Source: Acidimicrobiia bacterium
Lineage (GTDB): Bacteria > Actinomycetota > Acidimicrobiia > Acidimicrobiales > JANYDT01
Length of the DNA stretch: 64,000 nucleotides
Assembly (NCBI GenBank): GCA_031383405.1
Contig: JANMZO010000022.1
Span: 1,544 to 65,543 of the forward strand
Direction of reading: 5' to 3'
Under the pieces are notes generated by a model, which saw nothing but the letters and a program-made list of their open reading frames with translations, made no database searches and had not been told where the DNA came from. Of this stretch, positions 28,955 through 38,371 are shown in pieces. Numbering within the stretch: position 1 is the stretch's first letter; each line of letters starts with the position of its first letter. The translations under genes and the position numbers were made by a program.

Positions 28955-31090
28955 ATGCGACGACGGACAAAGGTTCTGGCCGGTTCGTTCGTCGTCGGCG
29001 CGCTTGGGCTCTGGGCCCGACTCGGTAGCCTGCCTGTAGCGATAACCGAGCCGAGAACCATACGTGCACCGACGTTTCTGGCGAGCGATGGCTCCCCGCT
29101 CGACGCGGCCGCGACCCGGGCCCTCGCTGCGGAAAAACGACAATCATCCAAAACCCGGGGCCCGTCACTGGCGAAGCAGGCCAAGCGGTTGGCCGAGGCG
29201 ACGAAGGCGGCCGAAGACCGCCGTTTTACGTCCCACGTCGGGGTCGACCCCATCGCCGTGGTACGGGCCATCGGGGCCGACGTTCGGGCTCGACGGGTCG
29301 TGCAGGGTGGTTCTACGATCACCCAGCAATTGGTGAAGCTGCGAGCCGGATCCGGGTCCGATGGACGTAGCGCCCGGGGGAAGCTGCGGCAGGCGATCTT
29401 CGCGCTCCGGCTCGAACACCGCATGAGCAAAGACGACATCCTTTCCGCATACCTGGCTGAAGCTCCGTACGGAGGCCGGATGATCGGGGCCGAATCGGCC
29501 GCGGAGGGGTACTTCGGGACCTCGGCATCACAACTCACGTGGGCCCAGGCGGCATATTTGGCCTCGCTGCCGCAACGCCCCACGGCCTTCAACCCGCGGC
29601 GTGATCAAACGGCAGCGCGTCACCGGCAGGTCTGGATCCTGAGGCGGTTGCGCAAGACAGGGGTACTCGACGAACGAGAACTGCAGGCCGCCCTCTCCGA
29701 GGCATTGAACTTGGTTCCCGACGCCTTTGATCCGCAAGCTCCGCACTTCACCGAAATGCTGGCCAAACAGCAATTGACGACCGGCGTTCCGATCCGTACG
29801 ACACTCGACGCGGCTCTGCAGCGCGACGTTGTCGGGATTGCGCGGCAGCAGCGACGCGTACTGCGCAAGAACCATGCCGCCAACGTTGCGGTGGTGGTAC
29901 TCGACAACCGCACCGGCGCGGTGCGGGCCTGGGAGGGTAGCGGCGACTATTTCGATGCTGATCACGGTGGCATGCTCAACGGCCCGACTCTTACGCGGCA
30001 GGTCGGGTCGACCATCAAGCCATTTATCTACGCCGGTGCGTTTGACGCGGGATCGGCTCCGGGTGATCTGATTGACGACACGCCGTTTGAGACCATGGCC
30101 GACGGTAAGAACTTCCAACCCCAGAACTACGATCACAAGTTTCGGGGCCCGATTCCGATGCGAAGGGCCTTGGCCAGTTCGGTCAATATCCCTGCGGTGC
30201 GCCTGCTGGCCGACCAGACACCACGCGTGCTTATGGATACGTTGTCGAGGTCCGGGATCGAGCTTCCATTCGGGCCTCAACACTACGGACTGGCCCTGGC
30301 TCTCGGAACAGCTGAGATAAGCCTGCTCGATCTGACGAAGGCGTACGCTTCGTTCGCCCGCGGCGGCCTTTCACTGAACCCGACCTTCATAGAACCCGCG
30401 AAGATGCAGGCCGGTGGACGCCAGGTTGTGAGCGAGTCGGCCGCGTTTCTCGTCAGCGATGTGCTTTCGGACAACGAGGCCCGAGCCTCAGCGTTCGGTA
30501 GACGCTCGGCACTGAAGTTCACCTTTCCCGTTGCGGCCAAGACCGGAACTTCGCAGAACTTCCACGATAACTGGGTTGTGGGTTACACGGCTGATTTCAC
30601 CGTCGGCGTGTGGGTGGGCAACTTCGACCGGACCCCACTGGCCGGAGCCACGGGCGTCACCGGCGCCGGGCCGGTCTTCCACGCGGTGATGCTCGCCGCC
30701 CACCGCTATCTCGCGCCAAGCGCGGGCCTGTCACCCGACGCGACACTGCTTCGTTCGGTACCCGACGATCTCGTTGCCGTCGAGCACGGCACCCGCACCG
30801 AGTACGACTGGTTGGTTCCACGGCGCCGGGTCGTTTCGGCGCCGGACCTCGGTGGGAAATTGCGTCTGGTCGAGCCGGTCGGCGGCGGTCAGTACCTTCT
30901 CGACGCCAGCCGCCCGGGGGATGCCCAGAGCCTTCCTCTGCGCGCCAGCGGCGGCAGCGCTCCCTACCTGTTCACGGTCGACGGCGATCCCTTTACCGGG
31001 TCGTCGTGGTCACTGCGGGTTGGTCGTCACGAGATCTGCGTACGTGACCGCACAGGCACCAAACGGTGCTCCCACTTCTCCGTGTCGTGA
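28955..31090 (+). CDS. pbpC: penicillin-binding protein 1C (bifunctional glycosyltransferase/transpeptidase)
   Basis: 711 aa with an N-terminal TM anchor. GT51 motifs are EDRRFTSHVGVD and GGSTITQQL. Transpeptidase motifs are STIKPF, SVN and KTGTS. There is also a PBP1C-type C-terminal domain. Confidence 0.9.
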   Translation: MRRRTKVLAGSFVVGALGLWARLGSLPVAITEPRTIRAPTFLASDGSPLDAAATRALAAEKRQSSKTRGPSLAKQAKRLAEATKAAEDRRFTSHVGVDPIAVVRAIGADVRARRVVQGGSTITQQLVKLRAGSGSDGRSARGKLRQAIFALRLEHRMSKDDILSAYLAEAPYGGRMIGAESAAEGYFGTSASQLTWAQAAYLASLPQRPTAFNPRRDQTAARHRQVWILRRLRKTGVLDERELQAALSEALNLVPDAFDPQAPHFTEMLAKQQLTTGVPIRTTLDAALQRDVVGIARQQRRVLRKNHAANVAVVVLDNRTGAVRAWEGSGDYFDADHGGMLNGPTLTRQVGSTIKPFIYAGAFDAGSAPGDLIDDTPFETMADGKNFQPQNYDHKFRGPIPMRRALASSVNIPAVRLLADQTPRVLMDTLSRSGIELPFGPQHYGLALALGTAEISLLDLTKAYASFARGGLSLNPTFIEPAKMQAGGRQVVSESAAFLVSDVLSDNEARASAFGRRSALKFTFPVAAKTGTSQNFHDNWVVGYTADFTVGVWVGNFDRTPLAGATGVTGAGPVFHAVMLAAHRYLAPSAGLSPDATLLRSVPDDLVAVEHGTRTEYDWLVPRRRVVSAPDLGGKLRLVEPVGGGQYLLDASRPGDAQSLPLRASGGSAPYLFTVDGDPFTGSSWSLRVGRHEICVRDRTGTKRCSHFSVS

Positions 31091-31179
31091 ACGGTACGGG
31101 TGCACGTTTACCCGTGAAAGGGGGAAAAGTGCACCCATACCTGCGTAGAGCCCCGGCTTGCGTCGGCCACAATGGTGGG

Positions 31180-32253
31180 ATGCGAGTTGTTCCTGTTTCT
31201 CTGCCTGATGGTCGGTCCTATGACGTGCACGTCGGCCCGGGCGTGAGGATCGAGTTGGCTGCCATTCTGGCGGCGGTGGCTCCGAAGGCGAAGCGGGCGG
31301 CGATCGTCTCCCAACATGCCATCGCTGACATGTGGGGTTCGGTGGAACCGGGTGTCGAGAGCCGTCACTTCTCGATCGGCAACGGGGAGACGTTCAAGAC
31401 GCTGTCAACCGTCGAAGAACTGTGTCGCGAATGGTCGCTGTGGGGGATGACCCGCAACGATGTCGTCGTGGCGGTCGGGGGAGGTATGGTCACCGACGTC
31501 GGGGGGTTCGCCGCGTCGATCTACCTACGCGGAATACAGGTCATCTATGTCTCGACAACGTTGCTCGGCATGATCGATGCTGCGATCGGAGGCAAGACGG
31601 GCGTGAACCTGCCCGAAGGGAAGAACCTCGTCGGCACGTTCTGCCAGCCCGCCGCCGTGCTGTGCGACACCACCGCGCTCGCCACCATGCCGCCGCGAGA
31701 ACTGCGTTCCGGTCTCGGCGAAATGGCGAAGTACCACTTCCTCGAAGGAACGCCGCCCCTGACGAAGACCCCGGGGGGACTCGAGTCGCTCGACCTCGAA
31801 GACCGCATCGCCCGCTGCATCGAGATCAAGGCGCAGGTGGTCGCGGTCGACGAGAAGGAAGGTGGATTACGGGCGATCCTCAACTACGGCCACACGTTGG
31901 CTCACGCTCTGGAAATCGCGGACAATTTCGAGATACTGCACGGCGAGGCGGTCGCTCTTGGCCTCGGTTATGCGGCCGAAGTGGCGCTCCGACTTGGTCG
32001 GATCGACCGGGCCAGGGTCGACGAGCACTACCGCATCTTGTCGTCGCACGAACTCAACACGAAGCTCACAAAGTTGTATAAGCCCGAACAACTTCTCGCG
32101 CTGATGGGTCGTGACAAGAAGGCGCTCAACGGCATCACCTTCGTGCTCGACGGTCCCAACGGTGTGGAGTCCGTCGCCGGCATCGACCCGACGGTGCTGA
32201 TCGACGCGCTCGCTGCCGTGACCGATGACGCGGCCGGTGCTGTGGAAGGCTGA
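31180..32253 (+). CDS. aroB: 3-dehydroquinate synthase
   Basis: The ATG at 31180 gives MRVVPVSLPDG.... Motifs include GGGMVTDVGGFAAS, GGKTGVNL and NYGHTLAHALE. Confidence 0.9.
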   Translation: MRVVPVSLPDGRSYDVHVGPGVRIELAAILAAVAPKAKRAAIVSQHAIADMWGSVEPGVESRHFSIGNGETFKTLSTVEELCREWSLWGMTRNDVVVAVGGGMVTDVGGFAASIYLRGIQVIYVSTTLLGMIDAAIGGKTGVNLPEGKNLVGTFCQPAAVLCDTTALATMPPRELRSGLGEMAKYHFLEGTPPLTKTPGGLESLDLEDRIARCIEIKAQVVAVDEKEGGLRAILNYGHTLAHALEIADNFEILHGEAVALGLGYAAEVALRLGRIDRARVDEHYRILSSHELNTKLTKLYKPEQLLALMGRDKKALNGITFVLDGPNGVESVAGIDPTVLIDALAAVTDDAAGAVEG

Positions 32254-32257
32254 CGAC

Positions 32258-32716
32258 ATGACCGAACGGCCGATCGTCCTGCTGCTGAGTGGACCCAACC
32301 TGAACCTTCTCGGCTCCCGACAGCCGGAGATCTACGGAACGACGACGCTCGCGGATCACGTCGCAACCGCGTCACATGCGGCATCCGACAATGGCTTGAG
32401 CCTGGAGCATCTCCAGTCGGCCAACGAGTCGACGCTCGTAGAAGCCGTACATGCGGCCCGTGGGCGATGTGCGGCGATCGTCATCAACGCCGGCGCCCTC
32501 ACCCATTACAGCTGGTCGCTCCATGATGCGTTGAACTCGTTCGACGGGGTGAAGGTGGAACTTCACATTTCCAATACCCACGCCCGCGATTCGTGGCGTC
32601 ACACCTCGGTGATCGCCGGCACCGTCCACGGATCGATACAGGGCTTCGGCGCTGACGGCTACGCCATGGCTATCGAAGGCGTCGCCCGATTACTACGTAC
32701 ACATAGTAAAAAGTGA
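32258..32716 (+). CDS. aroQ: type II 3-dehydroquinate dehydratase
   Basis: The ATG at 32258 gives MTERPIVLLLSGPNLNLLGSRQPEIYG. It also has HISNTHARDSWRH. Confidence 0.92.
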   Translation: MTERPIVLLLSGPNLNLLGSRQPEIYGTTTLADHVATASHAASDNGLSLEHLQSANESTLVEAVHAARGRCAAIVINAGALTHYSWSLHDALNSFDGVKVELHISNTHARDSWRHTSVIAGTVHGSIQGFGADGYAMAIEGVARLLRTHSKK

Positions 32717-33900
32717 GCGCAGCTGTGATGATCTCCGTCTCCGAAATCCGAGCTGCGGTCGCGCTGGGCCATGATATGAACGCAGCGCTTCCGTCGATCG
32801 ACACCGCTGATCGACTGCTGGCGGTCCAAAGCTCCGCGTTTGCCGGTGGTGGCGCTCCCGACGCACTCCTGATCACCGACCTGGTCAATGTCCGTTACCT
32901 CACCGGGTTCACCGGCTCATCCGGGCGGCTTCTTGTAACGCCCGATGCCGCCGTCTTCATTTCCGATGGTCGCTACGCCGAGCAGGCGGCCGGTGAACTG
33001 GCGTCGACCAACTGCCCAGCGCACATAGAAATTCGGCGAACGGTCGAGGACCAGAAGGCCCTCCTTTCCGAACTGATGATGTCGTTAGGGGTCACACGAC
33101 TTGGACTCGAAGCTACGCATGTGTCATGGGCCGCGGCGGAGGATTACCGTACGCTGCTCGGCGAGATCGACAGATCGGAACTCGTGGCCACGAAGGACGT
33201 CGTGGAGAGTCTCCGTCGCACGAAGGATGCAGCGGAACTGGCCCGCCTGGCTCGGGCGTCCGCCATCGCCGACGCTGCCCTGTTGCGGGTGATTTCGCTG
33301 CTGGCCGAACGGCCGACCGAGATGGCCTTTACCCGTGCCCTGGAATCGGCGATGGTCGACCTGGGCTCGCACGGACCGAGCTTCGACACGATCATCGCAA
33401 GTGGTTCGAACGCCAGCCGTCCACACCACGATCCATCCGATCGCGTCATCGAGTCGGGCGACGAGGTCATCTGCGACTTCGGCGCGACCATCGACGGCTA
33501 CCACTCCGACATGACCCGCACCGTTTACGTCGGTGAGCCCGCGATGAAGCAGAAGCGCCACTTCGGCGTTGTGCGAGCCTCGCAGAGAGCGGGTGTCTCG
33601 GCGGTGCGCCCGGGCGCGACGGGTGTCGACATCGACCGGGCCTGCCGCGACGTGATCGTAGAGGCCGGTTGGGGTGATTTCTTCGTGCACGGCACCGGGC
33701 ACGGCAGCGGTCTGTTGATCCACGAGACTCCGTGGGCGGGTCAAACAAGCACCAGCGTCCTGCAGACCGCCGACATTCTTACCGTCGAACCCGGCGTGTA
33801 CCTACCGGGCGAAGGTGGCGTTCGCATCGAGGACTCCCTCGTCGTCTGCGACGACGGCCCGGTTTTCTTGACCCGCGCCCCATACGACCTGATCGTGTAG
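32713..33900 (+). CDS. pepP: M24 family Xaa-Pro aminopeptidase
   Basis: 395 aa. The pita-bread metal ligands lie in [29 protein letters not shown] and EPGVY...IED. Confidence 0.85.
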   Translation: MSAAVMISVSEIRAAVALGHDMNAALPSIDTADRLLAVQSSAFAGGGAPDALLITDLVNVRYLTGFTGSSGRLLVTPDAAVFISDGRYAEQAAGELASTNCPAHIEIRRTVEDQKALLSELMMSLGVTRLGLEATHVSWAAAEDYRTLLGEIDRSELVATKDVVESLRRTKDAAELARLARASAIADAALLRVISLLAERPTEMAFTRALESAMVDLGSHGPSFDTIIASGSNASRPHHDPSDRVIESGDEVICDFGATIDGYHSDMTRTVYVGEPAMKQKRHFGVVRASQRAGVSAVRPGATGVDIDRACRDVIVEAGWGDFFVHGTGHGSGLLIHETPWAGQTSTSVLQTADILTVEPGVYLPGEGGVRIEDSLVVCDDGPVFLTRAPYDLIV

Positions 33901-34094
33901 GCCGATGGTCCCCCGAGGGGGCGGACCTATGGAGCCGAAACTCGTATTTGTCGGGCGGCCCCGGACTCCGGAGGGGTCGGCAACGTGAGAAATCGGCGGT
34001 GTCCGGGGCGGGCCCCCCGCTCACCTACACTGGTAGGTCGATTTCTGGCGTCACGATCCGGTCGCCATCATTCCTTCTCTCCAAAGGTTGCGTC

Positions 34095-34658
34095 ATGCCC
34101 CCAGTTTCCACGAGCGATTTCAAGAACGGCATCACCATCGATATCCCCGAGGGTCTGATGCAGATCATCGATTTCCAGCACGTGAAGCCGGGTAAGGGTG
34201 GTGCCTTCGTTCGCACAAAGATGCGCAATGTACGCACCGGTGCCGTTATTGACCGCACCTACAACGCCGGCGAGAAGATGGAGCAGGCCATTATCGACAA
34301 GCGGGAAATGCAGTTCCTGTACCGCGATGGATCGAACTACGTGTTCATGGACAACTCGACCTACGACCAGATCGAGATAACACCCACGCAACTGGGCGAT
34401 GCCATCAACTACCTCAAAGAGCAGGACAACGCGATGGTCAACACCTATGACGATGAGATCATCGGCATCGAGCTTCCGGCTGCTGTCGAGCTGATCATCA
34501 CCGAATGTGAACCCGGTATCCAGGGCGACCGGGTTTCCGGCGCGAAGAAGCCGGCCACGCTTGAGACCGGCCTCGTTATCCAGGTTCCGCTGTTCGTGAA
34601 CCAGGGCGACAAGGTGAAGGTAGACACCCGTTCGGGCGACTATCTCACCCGCGTCTGA
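34095..34658 (+). CDS. efp: elongation factor P
   Basis: The ATG at 34095 gives MPPVSTSDFKNGITI.... It contains KPGKGGAFVRTKMRNV and is 187 aa. The long upstream ORF extension is non-protein-like. Confidence 0.97.
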   Translation: MPPVSTSDFKNGITIDIPEGLMQIIDFQHVKPGKGGAFVRTKMRNVRTGAVIDRTYNAGEKMEQAIIDKREMQFLYRDGSNYVFMDNSTYDQIEITPTQLGDAINYLKEQDNAMVNTYDDEIIGIELPAAVELIITECEPGIQGDRVSGAKKPATLETGLVIQVPLFVNQGDKVKVDTRSGDYLTRV

Positions 34659-34665
34659 CCGCCCG

Positions 34666-35079
34666 ATGACATCTCCGGCGACCTCGCGTCGCGATGCCCG
34701 CGAGCGGGCGATGGAGCTTCTCTACGAAGCGAAATCCAAAGGTGATGATGTTGCGACGGTCGTCGCGTCGCTTCCGATACCGCCTGACTCCTATGCCGCG
34801 TCGATTGCGCTCGGAGCAGGCAAGGCCGAGCATGAAGCAGGGGCCATGGATCTGATCCGTCGCTTCGCCCGGAAGGACTGGCCCGTCGAGCGGCTCCCGC
34901 AGCTCGACGTCATCATCCTCCGCCTTGCCATCGAAGAACTGCAGTATCAGGCCGGCGTGCCGAAAGCTGTCGTGATTGACGAAGCGGTTGAATTGGCCAA
35001 GCTCTTTTCGACAGAAGATTCGGGTCGTTTCATCAACGGCATCCTCACCTCAATCGCCGACGATCTCGGTAGGCACTGA
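34666..35079 (+). CDS. nusB: transcription antitermination factor NusB
   Basis: 137 aa with RRDARERAMELLYE and a C-terminal FINGILTSI. Confidence 0.9.
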   Translation: MTSPATSRRDARERAMELLYEAKSKGDDVATVVASLPIPPDSYAASIALGAGKAEHEAGAMDLIRRFARKDWPVERLPQLDVIILRLAIEELQYQAGVPKAVVIDEAVELAKLFSTEDSGRFINGILTSIADDLGRH

Positions 35080-35141
35080 CGGGGAACTCCAGGTCTTGCG
35101 ACCCAGCCGGGTCGAATGGATCTGGCGGGGATTTCCGTGGG

Positions 35142-35966
35142 TCAGCGGGTTAGCGAGCTGTTGGTTTGCATGCGTTCGACCTGTTTGGATACGACCTGAG
35201 CCATTTCAGGATGGGTGAGGACCCAGAAGCGGTCGTTGACGACGGCATCGAGCACCATCGGACCGACATCATCCGGGTTCATGCCGTCGGCCAGGGTCCG
35301 GCTCAGGATGTCCCAGAACTTCCGACCGGCATCGGTTTCGACGTAGTCGGCGGCGGAGTCGGGCGGGCGGTTTCGGGAACTCTCGACGATGCTTGTGTTG
35401 ATCGGCCCGGGGCACAGAACCGAAGCGTGAAGCGGGGATCCGGCCAGTCGTAGATCGCGCTCCAACGAAGCCATCAGGGCCACGACCCCGTGCTTGGCCA
35501 CGTTGTAGGCGCCCAGCGAGGCACCCGCATAGAGTCCGGCCATCGACGCCGTTGCGTTTATGTGTCCTTCTCCCTGTCGTTCCATGATCGGGAGGAATAC
35601 GTGCACGCCGTTGATCGGACCCCAAAGGTCGACGTCAAGCGTCCACTTCCAGTCGGCCATCGATGTTGCACCCACCGGGTTCGACATGCCGATGCCGGCG
35701 TTGTTGCACAGAACGTGAGCGGCACCGAACCGGTCGAGCGTTTTGGCCGCAAGCGCCTCGATCTGATCGAGTTTCGACACGTCGGTGCGCACGCCGATCG
35801 CGTCGGTGCCGACCTTGGTGAATTCCGCCACCGCTTCGTCGAGGGGCCCCTGTTCGATGTCGGCCAACACGAGCTTCATTCCCTGGGCAGCGAACGTTCG
35901 GGCGATCCCGCGTCCGATGCCGCTCGCTCCACCCGTGATGACTGCGACTTTTCCTTTGACGTCCAT
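35142..35966 (-). CDS. SDR family oxidoreductase
   Basis: The start at 35966 gives MDVKGKVAVITGGASGIGRG. The catalytic motif is YNVAKHG (YxxxK). The longer ORF to 36116 would overlap the upstream gene. Confidence 0.8.
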   Translation of the reverse strand: MDVKGKVAVITGGASGIGRGIARTFAAQGMKLVLADIEQGPLDEAVAEFTKVGTDAIGVRTDVSKLDQIEALAAKTLDRFGAAHVLCNNAGIGMSNPVGATSMADWKWTLDVDLWGPINGVHVFLPIMERQGEGHINATASMAGLYAGASLGAYNVAKHGVVALMASLERDLRLAGSPLHASVLCPGPINTSIVESSRNRPPDSAADYVETDAGRKFWDILSRTLADGMNPDDVGPMVLDAVVNDRFWVLTHPEMAQVVSKQVERMQTNSSLTR

Positions 35967-36090
35967 ACCGGCACGATACAGCGCTGCCAGCTGACCTCGC
36001 CTACGACGTTTGGTCAAATACTCCCGCTCAGCGGGCGAAATCGGCCAAATGTCTAACGAAAACGCGACCAGACCGCTGTTGACGGGGCAA

Positions 36091-36786
36091 TTACCTGAGT
36101 TCCTCGATCGGATCACTCACGGTGGCGAAGGCCCGGACGGTGAAGGTACCCATCCCCTTGATTTTCGGTGGCACGGCGGTGAAGCGGAACAACACGCGGG
36201 GGAGTGCGTCGAGGTTGGTGAGGTGCTCGATGATCGGGATGCCTGCTCGCAGCAGCGTGGTGTGGACGGGTCGTCCGGCTCCGGCGTCGCCCGAGATGGC
36301 ATCAATGTTCAGCGAATCGATCCCGACACACGCGACCTTGGCCTTCACCAGCGACTCGGCCGTCGCAACGGAAATATAGGGGTGACTGTCGAAGTACGCG
36401 GGTGTACCGAATTTTTTGGAATGGTCGGTGCGGAAGAGAATCGCACAACCCTCGAAATCGAGTTCGTGGAGCCGGGGCAGGTCGATGATCGGCGTATCCA
36501 GCCGTGAGAAACAGACGGCGGGCACATCGGCGACACGCTCCAGGGGAAGCTCCGACAGATCATGCCCGTCGTCGAACCGGTGGGCCGGCATGTCGATGTA
36601 GGTGCCGGTGTTTGAGCACATCGTGATCATGCCGATCTGAAAACGTACGCCGACACCGTATATCTCCTCGGCCGCGTCACGGGTCAGGTGGTCCCCGATG
36701 CTCGGAACCGGCAGACCCGGGTACGTCAGCATCTGGTCGGTCACGGTGTGGCTGAGGTCGATGCGGCGGCGATTCACGCCAGCCAT
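36091..36786 (-). CDS. putative cyclase / kynurenine formamidase-like family protein
   Basis: 231 aa with IDLSHTV...YPG and a GTYIDMPAHRF motif region (HxGTHxDxPxH-like, with the first His replaced). Confidence 0.7.
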   Translation of the reverse strand: MAGVNRRRIDLSHTVTDQMLTYPGLPVPSIGDHLTRDAAEEIYGVGVRFQIGMITMCSNTGTYIDMPAHRFDDGHDLSELPLERVADVPAVCFSRLDTPIIDLPRLHELDFEGCAILFRTDHSKKFGTPAYFDSHPYISVATAESLVKAKVACVGIDSLNIDAISGDAGAGRPVHTTLLRAGIPIIEHLTNLDALPRVLFRFTAVPPKIKGMGTFTVRAFATVSDPIEELR

Positions 36787-36832
36787 GCTGCCAGACCCCG
36801 GCTTGGAGACGGGATCTTCCGGCGGCTGTGCG

Positions 36833-37639
36833 TCAGCTACGTGGGCCTCCGTAAGTGTCGCGGGGGCTTGCCCCGACGTCGAATCGGTCCTGGGCCGCCC
36901 GCATCGTCAGCAGTGCATCGGGCGAGCCGGAGAACGATTGAAAGATCTTCTGGTCGTTCATGACGGCGTCGGTGATGTGAAGGTCATCACCTTCGGTGAG
37001 CATGCGTTTCATGCCAGCTAAAGCGGCCGGCGGCTTGTCGGCCAGGTCGGATGCCCATTGCAGTGAGACCTCGACGGCCCTCCCGGTCGGAACGACCCGG
37101 TTGATGCCCCCCAATTCGTACAGACGTTGCGCCGTCATTGGTGACCCCATGAGCACCATTTCAGCCGTTGCGGTGCGCCCGATCAGATGGCGAAGGCGCG
37201 ACGTCCCCCCGATGCCGGTTCCGACGCCGATCGACACTTCGGGCTGCCCGAACAGGGCCTGCTCCTCGGCGATCCTCAGATCGCATGCCCAGCCGAGTTC
37301 GCATCCGCCGCCACCCGTGTCGCCTGAGACCGCGGCGATTGTCACCACGTTCTTCTTGTTGAGCTCGCTAAGGCAACGCCACCACGATCCGCCGTCGCCT
37401 GTCGTCGGCCGCCCCTCGAAGGTGGCGATCAGGTCGGTCAGCCACGCGTGTTCGAACCAGTGGCCGGGTACGCCGGATGCGAGCACGCTGACCCGTGCCC
37501 CATCGGCACGGGCCTGGCCGAGCGCGTCGGCCAGTTCTCCGATTCCGGCCCATGAGCCGTGGTTGTTGATCGACGGGTTGGTCATCGTGATGAGGGCGAC
37601 GCCCTCCCGTGGGGTCTCAAGGGTGACGAAATCGGCCAT
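36833..37639 (-). CDS. enoyl-CoA hydratase/isomerase (crotonase) family protein
   Basis: The start at 37639 gives MADFVTLETPREGVALITMTNP. The oxyanion region is GGGCELGWACDLRIA. Confidence 0.8.
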   Translation of the reverse strand: MADFVTLETPREGVALITMTNPSINNHGSWAGIGELADALGQARADGARVSVLASGVPGHWFEHAWLTDLIATFEGRPTTGDGGSWWRCLSELNKKNVVTIAAVSGDTGGGGCELGWACDLRIAEEQALFGQPEVSIGVGTGIGGTSRLRHLIGRTATAEMVLMGSPMTAQRLYELGGINRVVPTGRAVEVSLQWASDLADKPPAALAGMKRMLTEGDDLHITDAVMNDQKIFQSFSGSPDALLTMRAAQDRFDVGASPRDTYGGPRS

Positions 37640-37775
37640 GGAGGTCAGTCTTGCCGGTGGACCGGACCTCTGCCGAAATTGGGGGTGATTTCTTAGGCTC
37701 GCGATCCGGTGCACCAATAGTTCGCACCTACTCTCCTTCCAAATTTGGCGCGTTCAAGCTGCTAGCTTGGCCGTA

Positions 37776-37813
37776 TCCGTCAAGTGGGTTCTGTGAGGCC
37801 CGCACGGAAGGAG
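37776..37813 (+). promoter_or_regulatory. candidate PyrR-binding hairpin overlapping a GGAAGGAG Shine-Dalgarno-like element
   Basis: TCCGT (37776-80) pairs with ACGGA (37804-08), enclosing GUGGG-UUCUGUGAGG-CCCGCAC. The loop UUCUGUGAGGCC...ACGGAAGG resembles the PyrR binding core UCCAGAGAGGCU...AAGG. By-eye match only. Confidence 0.4.
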
Positions 37814-37819
37814 ATCATC

Positions 37820-38371
37820 GTGACAAGCACTTCTTCTTCGCCGCCCCCTGAGGGCGGCATTTTTTTACGTGTGCCGCCCCGCACGGTGCTCGACCCCGCT
37901 GCGATCAATCGGGCGGTGAAGCGCATGGCGCACGAGATCATCGAACGCAACCAGGGTGCTTCCGACGTTGTGCTGATCGGGCTCATCAAAGGCGGCGTAT
38001 GGATGGCCGACGCGCTTGGTGCGGCCCTCGACGAACTCGGGGAATCGGTACCGGTCGGTTCGGTTGATGTCAGCTTCTTCCGCGACGACCTCGGGTTGCG
38101 CAACGTCGAGCCGGCCCGAAGCGAGATCGACTTCGACATCCACGACAAGGTCGTGGTGCTGGTCGACGACGTGCTCTACACGGGCCGGACCGTCCGGGCG
38201 GCGCTAGACGCGCTGCGCGAATACGGCCGACCGAAAGCGGTCCAACTCGCAGTGATGGTCGACCGGGGTCATCGGGAGCTGCCGATCCGGGCTGACTTTG
38301 TCGGTAAGAACCTTCCGACCTCCCGGTCGGAGAGCGTGAAGGCGACGCCAGAAGGAGTAGTGCTGCAATGA
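37820..38371 (+). CDS. pyrR: bifunctional pyr operon regulator / uracil phosphoribosyltransferase PyrR (start uncertain: 37820 or 37871)
   Basis: The conserved core starts at TVLDPAAINRAVKRMAHEIIERNQG, and the PRPP motif is VVLVDDVLYTGRT. The GTG at 37820 has a strong SD, but the terminator hairpin plus T7 lies between it and the conserved core. The GTG at 37871 would give a Bacillus-like short N-terminus. Confidence 0.85.
   Translation: MTSTSSSPPPEGGIFLRVPPRTVLDPAAINRAVKRMAHEIIERNQGASDVVLIGLIKGGVWMADALGAALDELGESVPVGSVDVSFFRDDLGLRNVEPARSEIDFDIHDKVVVLVDDVLYTGRTVRAALDALREYGRPKAVQLAVMVDRGHRELPIRADFVGKNLPTSRSESVKATPEGVVLQ
37840..37866 (+). terminator. textbook intrinsic terminator (pyr attenuator candidate)
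   Basis: GCCGCCC (37840-46), loop cctga, GGGCGGC (37852-58), then A and T7 (37860-66). It has seven G-C pairs. T-runs this long are rare in this window. Confidence 0.55.

Noticed and set aside
33901-34094. Small hairpins in the pepP-efp spacer (CCCCC..GGGGG near 33908 and ACCTAC-actg-GTAGGT near 34022), considered as terminators or regulatory sites.
   Set aside because: The stems are short, there is no U-tract and no second copy. That is not enough support to annotate them.
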